A DNA stretch of 64,000 nucleotides from Callorhinchus milii (Eukaryota), in the NCBI RefSeq assembly GCF_018977255.1, contig NW_024704743.1, positions 102,550,001 to 102,614,000 of the forward strand. The letters run 5' to 3'. Below are positions 52,901 to 64,000 of this stretch, piece after piece. The notes beneath the pieces are model-generated. The model did no database searches. It saw nothing but the letters and a program-made list of their open reading frames with translations, and was not told where the DNA came from. Position 1 is the stretch's first letter; every line of letters begins with the position of its first letter. The translations under genes were made by a program, and so were the position numbers.

Positions 52901-53665
52901 AACTCACAGAAAAAGATTCAGAATTAAATTATAGCCAGAGTTCTTCAAGTCAACGTAAAGTGCTTTGTGGTGACCAGGTAGCCAGATGTTATTTTTGACC
53001 ATGGGGAAAGGTTCCCTTACATAGGGAAACAAGAAAGCAACAACAGGAAGAGGCCATTCAGCTCATTGATCTTGGCAGTTTATTAGATCTTGGCAGATCT
53101 TTTAGTCCCAATGCCCTGCCCTATATCCATACTCTTTCTGTACATTTACATTTCATATAGAAGTACTCAGAAAAAGACAATGTAGATTGAATACAGCCCT
53201 CTTGATGATCCAAAATTCAGAGCATTCCTGTGCAAGGAGACGCAATTATATTTTTAGAGATGATTATGGTTTAACTGGATTTTAGGAGAATGTGTGGGAG
53301 GCTTTTAAAGCTATGGCCATGAATAGGTTGATCTCTAATTGTAGTTATAGAAAATATAATAGCTCAGGAAGGGGGGAAATTCAATTAGATGTTTTCTCTA
53401 ACAAAAAAAATCACACAGAACAGCATCCACCTTGCTCTGCTGTCAGAGTAGAGACATGAATTATAGCCAGATTCTTGGTTATAGGTAACCAAGAATACTT
53501 GGTTATAGGTAATGTTGAATCTTCCTTATTCAGGACTCAAATACGAGGGAATAAAGCAGGAAAGGTGCTGAGATGGCAAACAACAAATGACTGGAAGTCA
53601 GGAGTTTAGAAATATGATTGAGACACTTAAAGATATTTTTGCCAAACATGTACAACATTAAAACT

Positions 53666-55693
53666 AAATTTGTATAGCACCTTTCACATAAGGACGACAT
53701 CCCAAGATGCTGGACAGTCAATGTTTTAGACCCGAGCTGGTGGTCGGGATTGGGGAGGGTGGAGGCCAGTGGGGGAAGGAGGGTGAACGAAAGCAAAGTC
53801 GAAGAGGAGGATTTTGAGATGGGTCTTGAAGGAGGCAAGGGAGGGGGGGCATGGTGAAGGGACTGTGGGATGAGTTCCAGAGGGTGGGGTCAGAATGGCT
53901 GAAGGCCCAACTGCTGATGGATGGCTGAGTGAGACAGGGGATGTGAAGCAGGCAGGAGCCCGCTGAGTGGAGGAAGCGGGCAGGTTGCTAGGGGGTTAGG
54001 AGGTCACGGAAATAGGGGGGAGCAAGGCCATGGAGGGCTTTGAAGGTGAGGAACAGGATCTTGAACTGTATCCTCTGTGCGATGGGAAGTCAGTGGAGTC
54101 AGGCGAGAATGGGGTGATAGGGTCATGGAGCCTGATAAGGGAGAGGGCATGGGCTAGGGAGTTCTGCAGCCTATGGAGGGAGGAGTTGGGGAGGCCGACA
54201 AGCAGGGAGTTTGCATGGTCAAGCCTAAATTTTCTGAAGGTTGTATGAGGGTTTTGGTGGCCTGTGGTTTGAGACAATGGCGGAGCCAGGCAATGTTTCA
54301 GAGGTGGGGGAAGGCAGAGCAGGTCATGGCACAGATGTGGGGAAGAAAGGACTGATGTGGGTCAAACAAGACACCAAGATTCTGAACTGGCTTAGTAAGA
54401 TGGAGTGTGTAACCATGGATGGTGCCTGAGGTGTGGAGGCACTGATGGGAGCCAATCAGGAGGGCCTCAGTCTTGTTGATGTTTAGCTGAAGAAAGTTAT
54501 CTCTCATCCAGAACTTGTCTGTTAGACATTCTGTCAGGACAGCAGTGGTCTGGAGTTAAGGTTGGAGGTAGAGAGATACAGTTGTGTGTCATCCGCATAC
54601 ATGTGGAAGTTGATACCATGTCTGCAGATGATGTCACTAAGAGAGGAGCACATAGATATTGAAGAGAAGAGAACCAAGGACAGAACCCTGAGGAATGCCG
54701 AACGAGACGGTGCAGGGTCTAGAGAAGAAACCGTTTGTGGAGATGAAGTGGAGATGGTGTGAGAGGTACGATCTGAACCATTCAAGGACAGAACCATGAA
54801 GGTTAAGGTGAGAGAAGAGGCAGTGGATGAGGATAGATTGGTCAACTGTGTCGAAATTAACAGAGAATTCAAGGAGGACGAGGAGGCAGAGGGAACCCTG
54901 GTCGCAGTTGAACAGAATGTCACTATTACCAGCAGAGCTGTTTCTGTGCTGTGGGTAGTAAGGAAATCTGAATGGTGGAGTTCGTTAAGGGAGTGGTGGG
55001 AGAGGAAGGAGTGAAGCTGGGAAGCAACGACTCATTCCAGAACCTTGGAAAGGAAAGGGAGGTTGGAAATGGGGCAGTAGTTTGAAAGCAGGGATGGGTT
55101 CAGGGAGGGTTTTTTAAGGATAGGAGTGATGACAGCCGTTTTTAAAAGGTTTAGAATGGTGATAGTGGACAGGGAGAGGTTTATGACATCTGTGAGTAGA
55201 GGTGCAAGGAGGTGGAGCTGGGAGGTAAGGAGAAGGGTATAGATGGGGTCTCGGGAGCAGGTGGTTGGTTTCATGCGGATTATAGTGTGGTGAGAGAGGA
55301 GTGGGAGACAGGTCAGGTTTGAAGGTGTAAAGAGAGGTTTGGGTAGGGGCCTAGTGTGAGGGGGAGATGGGGAAGGGGTAGTAGACAGAGGGGCAGAGGC
55401 AGCTGAGTGGATTCCCTCAACATTGGTTTTGAGGAAGTCGGGCATCACCTCGCAGTTGGCATTGGAGGTGAGGATGGGTAAGTCATGAGAGGGTGGGCGG
55501 AAGAGCTGGTTGTTGATGGAGAAGAGGAGCCTGGAGTTATCCTTGGCCTCCCAGATTGTCTTGTAGTAGAACGACAATTTAGTGAAGGCGAGGGTGAAGT
55601 GGTAAGATTTGGTAAGGTCCAGCCAGATGTGCCGTTATTCAGCGGCAGGCACCTTTACCTTTAGGGAGCAGAGGTGGCTGTTATAACAGGGTG
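53666..55693 (-). mobile_element. Longest L2 LINE copy (about 2 kb; frameshifted ORF2 with RT domain)
   Basis: Encodes KPTTCSRDPI...KTAVITPILKKPSLNPSLLSNYCPISNLPFLSKVLE, GINFHMYADDTQLYL and NFLQLNINKTEALLIG; L2 3' tail present. Confidence 0.95.
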
Positions 55694-57199
55694 ATCTTCA
55701 TGAGTAGGAGTCATTTCAGTACACCAGAATGCAGGCTAATGCAGGAGATGCGTGAACGTTTGGTTAAAGATTCAAATTGCACAACTCACAGCAGGACCCA
55801 AGCAATGACCAGGGACAACATTGAAAGGGCAATTAAGGATAACACCAGGTATGGCCTGGAAATTAGATTCTCCACATATCGTACACTAGAGAGTCAATTT
55901 GCTGAATAACAGAGAAAGGTTTACCTACAGGCAAACATATAACTGGAAGCACAATTGGAAGGCAAACTGACACCAACATCATAATGAGCAACAATGAGGT
56001 TGAAAAGGCAAATTAATTTTTAAAAACACTAAAACTACAAGGTTTTCAGAAAACAACCGGTGAGCTGGCTCTTATTTTTAGATTGTTTTTGCAGCCGATT
56101 AAAACAGAAAAAAAAGTTGAAGAAGAAAATCTTCAGGCAAATTATGCAATTTAATTTGCAAGACTGAAATTACTATTTGTGAGGGATTTCCAGGTTATGG
56201 ACATTACATTTTCAGTACCCATAACCATCTCCTGAACCACACAGCAAAACTGTCTATACCTCCTGCATGTAGATTGCATTACTGTCAAGGGGAGGTAAGG
56301 ACGAGAGAGATATCAGCCTACAACTATTGTCAGGTCCTGCTGAAGCCTAATCTGTTTCTTGAATAGTGACAGTCTAAAAGTAAGCTGTATCTGCCTAGTT
56401 CACATACCTGACTGAGATCACAAACTACTCAAGGTGATCTGGATAACAATAATAATAATAATCCTTGCATTAGATATCTCACCTGTTAATTTTTTTACGC
56501 TTTGTTATAATATGGGACATTTTATCCTGTCACAGGTTCTATGAATTGGTGCAGGGAGTTCCAGGTTCCAGGTTTATTTCTTATCAAATAACCTCAGTAA
56601 TTCTGTTGTTGATTACTGCAAATTTCAGCAGCACTCAACCTTATTCATTCCTTCCAATCTTATTCTGTGATATACACAGATTACATAAACGTGAACAAAA
56701 GTTGGGATCATATTCCAGCAAAGGTAAAGATGCAGATTTCCATTCGGTTCAGTAGCAGTCAGAGTTAGATGGGATCTATTGGAAATGTCATGTGAGAAGG
56801 GCATTTTAAGATGGTAAATCTGACATATTGTATCTCTGTGGGACCTGAATCTGGACCGGATGAACATGGATATCTTATCTGAACTTTTGTGCAACATATA
56901 GTTCTCTTTCACATTTACAGTATGCTATGCATGGAGAACATTTTTAATTGTTAGTTTGGCTTCTTCAACTTAATCTTGTACACAGCAGGTAAAAACAAAT
57001 TGTTCACATCTGGTGTAACATTGCTCACATATGTCTTGGTGTTAACAGGATGCAGAAACATTATAAATTCAGTATGTTTTTCCACTCACCAGAAAATTAT
57101 ATTTGTGAGCATGACATACTGTGTGGATATTGATGTTTGTTGGCTAGCATCTCAAATGGATGCAATATAAATCAAGTGTATCCCAAGTGTATAACCACA

Positions 57200-57920
57200 T
57201 GAACAACAACTACAACAACATGCATGCAGTCAGCATACAGAATGTTTAACAGCAGTGTGGTGTGAAGCAGAGCTGGAAAGAGAGGGGAAGTGACTGAATG
57301 CACGGTCAAAGAGGAAAGTTTTCAGGTGTGATTTGAAAACGGGCAAAGAGAGATCAAGATGGAGGCATTGAAACAAGAAGTTCTAGAGTTTTGGGGCATA
57401 GAGCCTGAAAGCATGGCCGCCAAATGTGGAGAGACATGCAAAAGAATCAAGCCAGCTGAGAGAAGGCAGTAGTGGCAGAACAGAGTGTGAGCAGATCGGA
57501 AAGGTAGGGAGGTGCCAGAGCGTAAAGTGATTTGAAAGTGAGAATCTTGAAATCAATTTGTTTTGCAACAGGGAGCAAGTGGAGCCTGACAAGTACAGTG
57601 TTCCACAAAAAGTCATAGTTTGAGTGACCAATTTATTATTACCCCTGGAAAAGCAATCCGCCAATTGACTAACAACCGGGTTCCTACTTACTGCTGGGTA
57701 AACAGAGGCATGTGGAGTAAGGAAACTTGCCCAACGTTGTGCCCTGCCAGGAATCAAACCCAATTATCTCGCTTGCGAGGTAAGATCTCTGACCACTGAG
57801 CTATAGGACTCCACATGGGTGGCAAAGTTTTGTATCATTTGGAACTTGTGGAACTGGGGAGAATGGTGAGGATGCGTTGGAAAAATCAAAGCAGGAGATG
57901 ACAAAACCATGAATGAACGT
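57200..57920 (-). mobile_element. Old L2 fragment interrupted by a SINE (57598-57814)
   Basis: (CAA)n tail at 57200 and GHAFRLYAPKL in translation. The SINE head ends ggactccac at 57814 and L2-like sequence resumes after it. Confidence 0.75.
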
Positions 57921-58364
57921 CAACATAGATATGGTGTGTATTTATGTGAATTAATGTAGTACTATTTTACTAGGATACAATTTTAGTCTTGTATAAATCT
58001 TAATACATAAAGTTAAATTGTGAAATATACATTGTGCCAACAATCCGAGAAACAGCAATAACAGAGATATTGGTACTAAGCATTTTTCCATATTACTGCC
58101 TTACTGAGAGGCATCAAATTAATTCAAGTTACCATTAATTGTATCCCAACCATTGCATGAATTCAGCAGTACAGTGACCCTTACAAATTACCGTACACTT
58201 GGCTTTTCTTTGACACCAGAAGTGCAAATAAACTGTCACGAAGGGTCATAAGCATTAAAAGTCTAATTCACTACAGGGTAATGAAGTAGGAAAGAATCAA
58301 TTCCAAGGGGGCATTATGAGTCTTGCAGTATGGAGTTTGCATGATTTTCTCTCTCGCAATGATT

Positions 58365-58635
58365 CACGTGCATCTGTTTACCTAACAGTAAGTAGGAACC
58401 CAGATGATCGGCAGATCACTTTTCTGGGTATAATAATCCATTCAAAAATAATAATAATAATAATTTGGTCACTCAATCCACGACTGCTTGGGACACTGCT
58501 GTGCGTAATTGGGTGCTGTGTTTTGCCCACAAAATATACAGTTAATTCAATTTACAGTAGCTTCTGTGAAGCGCTTTGACACATCTCAAAGATGTGATAA
58601 GGCGCTATATCAAATGCAAGGATATTATTATTATT
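58365..58635 (+). mobile_element. 5'-truncated SINE, long subtype
   Basis: gcatctgtttacctaacagtaagtaggaacc through to ggcgctatatcaaatgcaagga and (TTA)n. Confidence 0.85.
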
Positions 58636-60079
58636 AGTGTTTTGAATTCTCTTTCCCATTTTAATTAATGTCTTATAAATTTAAAGAAATTATGTATTTT
58701 TTTCACCATTTGGGAAAAAAAAGTTTTCCATTAAAATCAGTAATATTTAGCTGTAACCAGTATGGTATGGAGTTTTCTGAGACAAATTTGATTCCGACAA
58801 CCCTCACTAAGTTTAACTTGACTGCAATTCAACCCTGAGCCAAGCCACATGCAGACATAGTAAATGCACATTAAGCAATTCTTTCTCTTAAGTATTTATT
58901 TCAGTCTATTTGAAAGTGTAATCTTTACTATAGACAGCAGATAGCTTGGGTTTCCTAGCAGAATGAGTCTATAGTTCTGATTCAATGTCCTCAAGCAGAT
59001 GTGTCCTTCAAGTTTGGACATTCACCTCGGAATAGAAGTTTCCTCTTCAAAGCTGCCTAGCTTCTTGTGTTTCTCTTCGTTGAAGAGTGTAGAAAAAATA
59101 ATTTTGTGTTTAACTGAGAGCAGTTATGTTAGATTCTGTAATTAATGTTTTAAATAATATCTCAAATTATATTTGCGATGTTTATATATTTGAGACATAT
59201 GATCAGTCTCATATGATGGGAGCTGGTTGTGACTAGCTTCACAAAAGAAACAAAAGACTGTTTATAAACAACAAACTGTTTTCAGTCCTATCAGTCATTT
59301 ACTCATGGAAAAATGGTCTGCAGCTGAAGAGAGAGCTGTGTTGTATGTTTTACAAAGGAACCATCTTGCAAAAGACAATAGGTGAAAGGTCACCTAACAA
59401 ACTGTATTAATGGAGATCGATTCAGAAGAGAATCAGAAGAAAGACTTTAAGTCACATTCTACCTGAAATTCTACAGTCGGTAGAACTCGTCCATACCCAG
59501 GGGACTGAATTTGTGAAACAAACAGACAAAGCACATCCTTTTATGTTTCTGTTCTGAATGAACCCCTTCCATTTTTTCAAGGAGCCTTTTCAACCCAAAT
59601 TCAGACCCATAAATGTATGAAACTCAGCTGCACACTGATCATCTCGACAAAAATCCATTGATGATGGTGTGATTCCAGGAAGCAGCTACACGTAGGAGCT
59701 GTGCAAACTTTAAGGCACAGGTTTGCCAACCAAATACACATTCACTGCACTTTACAATGTATCAAATGCAAGGCTTGTAGGATGAACACAACCACAGACT
59801 AGACCTTCACAATTTCTATTCACATTCCAGTGATGGTGCCTGGGATTGTTTGGATATCCATCACACAGCACGCTCTGGGGACTGCCTCTAGGAAATGCCA
59901 CCAATGAAATACTTGCATAAGCTTCTATGCACCATGACATAAGCCCTGAGGGTATCAAAGGCAGAGTCTGCATGTAAAATTGATAGAGAAGATCAGCAGG
60001 GAGGAGGGGGACAAAGAATTCTCATATCACTTTTTCCTTCCCGGATCTGAATAGTTGGCCTCCTTTCTCAGTCCCACAG

Positions 60080-61995
60080 AACAACAATACAATACAAAAT
60101 TACATTTGTAAAGCGCCTTTCACGTCGGGAGGACAAACCAAGGCACTGAAAAGTCAGAGAGTAGGATCCGAGCGGGGGTGAGTTGGGATCAGGGAGGGTG
60201 GAGGGCAGAGAGGTTGGTCAAAGGCACAATCGAAGAAGAAGGTCTTGAGACGTGCCTTGAAGGAGGCAAGGAAGGGAGCAAGGTGAAGGGAATATGGGAT
60301 GGCGTTCCAGAGGGTGGGGGCAGAAAGTCTGAAGGCCCGACAGAATATAGAGCAGGTGAGACCCTGCTGAGTGAAGGGAGCAGCCAGGTTGATAAAGGGT
60401 TAGCAGATCGGAGAGGTAGGAGGAGGCAAGGCAATAGAGGGCCTTCAAGGTGAGGACGAGAATTTTGAACTCAATCCTCTGAGGGATGGGGAGCCAGTGG
60501 GACCGGATGAAGGTGGGTGTGATGGGGTCACAGATCCTGGTACAGGAGAGGACATGAGCTGCAAAGTTCTGGATGATCTGCAGTTTGTGGAGGGAAGAGT
60601 TGGGAAGGCCGACATGCAGGGTGTTGACACAGACGAACCTGGTTGTAATGAAGGCATGTTTGAGGGTTACAGCAGCCTGAGGGGTAAGGCAGTGGTGGAG
60701 TCAGGCAATGTTGTGGAGGTAATAATAATAATCCTTGCATTTGATATAGCGCTTTTCACGTCAGGAGGACGTCCCAAAGCGCTTCACAGAACACACTGTA
60801 AAGTGAAATTGACTGTATATTTGTGGGCGAACGCGGCAGCCAATTGTGCACAGCAATGTCCCACAAACAGTCGTAGATTGAATATGACCAATTTATTATT
60901 GTTTTTGGTTTTGGAGGGATTATTATTAGGCGTGTGGAGTAAGGAAACTTGCCCAAGGTTTCGCTCTGCCTGGAATTGAACTCAGGTCTCTCGCTTGTAA
61001 AGTGAGTGCTCTAACCACTGAGCTACAGGACTCCAGGTGGGGAAAGGCAGAATGGGTCATGCCACGGATGTGGGGGAGAAAGGATAGTTGAGGGTCGAAC
61101 AAGATGCCACGTTCCTGACTGTCTTGGTGAGGTGGAGTGTGCGTCCATGGATGCTGATGCTTCCAGGGCCTGCGGTGCAGAGGCGCTGGCGCGAGCCAAT
61201 CAGTAGAAGCTCAACTTGGCTTTCATCCAGGACAGGCAGACTGTCAGGGCATCAGTGGTCATGGGATCGAGGGAGGAGGCAGACAGATAGAGTGCATGTC
61301 TTCCGTGTTCATGTGGAAGATGACCTCATGTCTGCGGATGATGTCACCAAGAGGGAGCATGTACAGTTTGAAAAGGAGGGGACTGAGGACAGAACCCTGA
61401 GGAACAACGCACGAGATGGTGCGGGGGCTGGAGGGGAAGTCATTTGTGGAGACAAAGTGGAGCCGGTGTAAAAGATAGGATCTGAAGCATTCAAAGACAG
61501 AACCTTGAAGGTTAAGGTGAGAGGAGAGGTGGTGGAGGAGAGTAGAGTGTTCCACGGTGTTAAAGGTAGCAGAGAGGTTGAGGAGCACGAGGAGACAGAA
61601 GGAGCCCTGGTCACAGATGGGCAGAATGTAATTTGTCACCTTGACCAGGGCTGTTTCTGTGCTACGGGCAGCAGACAAAACTGTTTGGAGTGGCAGGAGA
61701 GGAAGGAGTGAAGCTGGGAAGGAACAACTCTTTCAGGGACCTTGAAAAGGAAAGGGAGGTTGGAGATAGGGTGTAGTTAATGAGCAGAGATGGGTCCAGG
61801 GAAGGTTTTTTAAGATAGGGGTGATGAAAGTTGCCTTTAGGGGGTGGGACTGGTGCTGGTGACAGAGAGAGGTTGATGAGTTCAGAGAGTAAAGGGGTGA
61901 GGAGGTGGAACTGGGAGGTAAGGAGGTGGGTGGGGATGGGGTCTAGGGAGCAGGTGGTGGATTTCATGCGGGTTATAGTGTTGGTGAGAGAGGGA
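60080..61995 (-). mobile_element. L2 LINE (decayed RT region) interrupted by a SINE
   Basis: Encodes STETALVKVTN...LLNLSATFNTVEH...VPQGSVLSPLLF and KSTTCSLDPIPT; L2 3' tail present. Confidence 0.93.
60721..61035 (-). mobile_element. Young tRNA-Ala-headed SINE inserted in L2
   Basis: Full-length copy. aggt is repeated at 60717-60720 and 61035-61038, a possible short target-site duplication. Confidence 0.93.
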
Positions 61996-62019
61996 TAGTT
62001 ATACTGGTGATGCATGTAC

Positions 62020-62541
62020 AGATTTGAAGAGGAAAGTCATCAAATAACAACGTTTCAAATCAATTGCATTGCCAGCTATGTTGTGAGTCATCAAATTTCA
62101 AAAGGGAAATAAAATCACTCAGTGATAGTGAATTTGTAAAGAAACGCCGTGTACAGGTGGCTAAGGTTTTTAGTGAGGGCAAAATTGCAAAAATGTTGAA
62201 TCTTTTGCTTTATGGAAAAAAACATTAAAAGCACAGTTAAAGAAATCAGTTCACAGGTCTCTGGCCAGTTTGAAAAACATTATTTCTAAGTGTTTTACTT
62301 TTCATTGCTGTTAGATGAAGTACTAACATAACTGACAAAGCTCGGCTGGTAATTTTGGTTAGAACATAGTGAAGTTAATTGGTCGTTCATGAAGAACTGT
62401 TGGCATTAGCTTCATTGCACAGTACTATTAAGGGTTCAGATATTTATGAAGCTGTAAAAAAAATCAAGGAAAATGGGGTGTTGATAAAATTTCAGCAGTA
62501 ATAACAGATGGGCACAGCTATGTGTGGAAGTGTGAACGGAT
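62020..62541 (+). pseudogene. Fossil hAT (Charlie/SPIN-type) transposase fragment
   Basis: Across frameshifts it reads ASYVVSHQISK..SLSDSEFVK...FSLLLDE/STNITDKARLVILVR...HEELLALASLHSTIKGSDIYEAVK...KISAVITDG/AMCGSVNG, matching the FSxxxDESTD and TDGAxAMxG motifs of this family. Confidence 0.85.
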
Positions 62542-63937
62542 CATTTGATCAGATGCCACATAATAGACAAGTTGGCAAAATTGAAACCCATGGGATAAAA
62601 GAGATAGTGGCAACATGGATACAAAATTGGCTGGGAGACAGAAAGCAGAGGGTAGTGGTGAAAGGTTGTTTTTCAGACTGGATGGAAGTATACAGTGGTG
62701 TCCCCCAGGGATCGGTATTAGGTCCACTGCTCTTTTTGATATATAAATGAATTGGACTTGGGTATAGATAGCCAAATTTTAAAGTTTGCAGATGACACAA
62801 AACTTGGGAAACTAGTAAACCATGAGGATGATGGTAGCAGACTGCAGGAGGACATAGACAGACTGGTGACATGGGCAGAAGCATGGCAGATGAAGTTTAA
62901 TGCAGAGAAGTCTGAGGCAATGTATTTTGTGAGGAAGAATGAGGAGAGGCAATATATACTAAATAGTACAGTTTTAAAGGGGGTACAGCGGCAGAAAGAC
63001 CTGGGGGGTTCACATACATAGAGACTTCAGCCACTCTGCCCCCAACCTCTGGAATTCCATTCCCCAGTCACTCCGCCTTACCCCCTCCTTAGCCTCCTTC
63101 AAGTCCCTCTTCAAGACCCACCTCTTCGACTATGCCATCGGCCACCCCCCTTCCCCTCCCCTCCCCTCCCTTGTCCTCCCCTGACCCCAGCTCGGGTCTG
63201 AAATGCTGTACTCTGTCCAGCGTCTTGGGACATCCTCTCGACGTGAAAGACGCTATACAAATGTAATCTTGTTGTTGTTGTTGTTGTAGGTATCAGGCCA
63301 GATTGATAGAGCTGTTAAAAAAAGAATATTGGATCCTTGGCTTTATTGATAGAGTCATAGAGTACAAAAGCAAGAAAGTTCTGCTAAACCTTTGTAAGTC
63401 ACTGGTTAGGCTTCAGCTGGAATATTGTGTCCAATTCTGGGCACCACACTTTAGGAAGGATATCAAGACCTTGGAGAGGGTGCAGAAGAGATTTACCAGA
63501 ATAGTACCAGGGATAAGGGACATTAGTTGGAGAGACGAGAGAAGCTGGGATTGTTCTCTTTAGAGTAGAGAAAGTTAAGGGAAGAATTAATAGAAGTGTT
63601 CAAAATTATGATTGGTTTTGATGGAGCAGATAGGGAGAAACTGTTTCAACTGGCCAATGGGTCAATAACCAGGGGCCATAGAGCCAAGATAATTGGCTCA
63701 AGAACCAGAGGAGACTTTTTTAATATATAAACACAGAGAGTTGATATGGTCTGGAATGCACTACCTGAAAAGTTGGTGGAAACGGATTCAATAAAAGCTT
63801 TCAAAAGGGAACTGGATAGATACTTGAAGAGGAAAAATTTGCAACAAAGAGTGGGGCAGTGGGACTGATTGGGTAGCTCTTTGGAAGACACACGATGGGT
63901 CAAATGACCTCATTTTGTGCTGTAATATTCTATGATT
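62542..63937 (+). mobile_element. CR1-clade LINE, 3' portion (RT domain to 3' end)
   Basis: Encodes FDQMPH...WIQNWLGDRKQRVVV...[26 protein letters not shown] and LEYCVQFWAPH; ends tgtgctgtaatattctatgatt. Confidence 0.95.
63025..63288 (+). mobile_element. L2 3' fragment nested in the CR1
   Basis: ctgtccagcgtcttgggacatcctctcgacgtgaaagacgctatacaaatgtaatc followed by (TTG)n; CR1 sequence continues on both sides. Confidence 0.9.
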
Positions 63938-64000
63938 TGTCGGATGGCTCCTAAGTAAAGGAATTGACTTCCCGGAGTTATATTGTATTATACACCAGGA

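Noticed and set aside
55032..55577. 181-aa minus-strand ORF as a functional gene
   Set aside because: It is part of a frameshifted L2 ORF2, with no endonuclease domain or intact full-length frame.
1..64000. CRISPR arrays, operons, prophage or other prokaryotic systems
   Set aside because: The sequence is eukaryotic. The repeats are dispersed retroposons, not regularly spaced direct repeats with unique spacers.

Overview
Repeat-rich, apparently non-coding 64 kb window from a vertebrate genome. The repeat content (DeuSINE/SacSINE1-like elements, a young tRNA-Ala-headed SINE, L2-type and CR1-type LINEs) points to a cartilaginous fish, probably a holocephalan such as elephant shark; this is inferred from recalled repeat families, not from a search. 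I find no intact protein-coding gene, and most long ORFs in the track are frames of decayed LINE or SINE copies. The window holds many truncated L2 LINEs (mostly on the minus strand), CR1 fragments, two SINE groups sharing an L2-like 3' tail, a fossil hAT transposase, a two-copy MITE family and several nested insertions. The most interesting items are: (1) an unclassified ~0.5 kb retroposon-like repeat with about 9 copies, one of which is fused in the same orientation to a reverse-transcriptase fragment that is neither L2 nor CR1; (2) a palindromic Penelope-like insert with a 12-bp target-site duplication and a degenerate hammerhead-ribozyme core. I see no convincing evidence for a new multi-gene system. 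Repeat boundaries were read by eye and are approximate.
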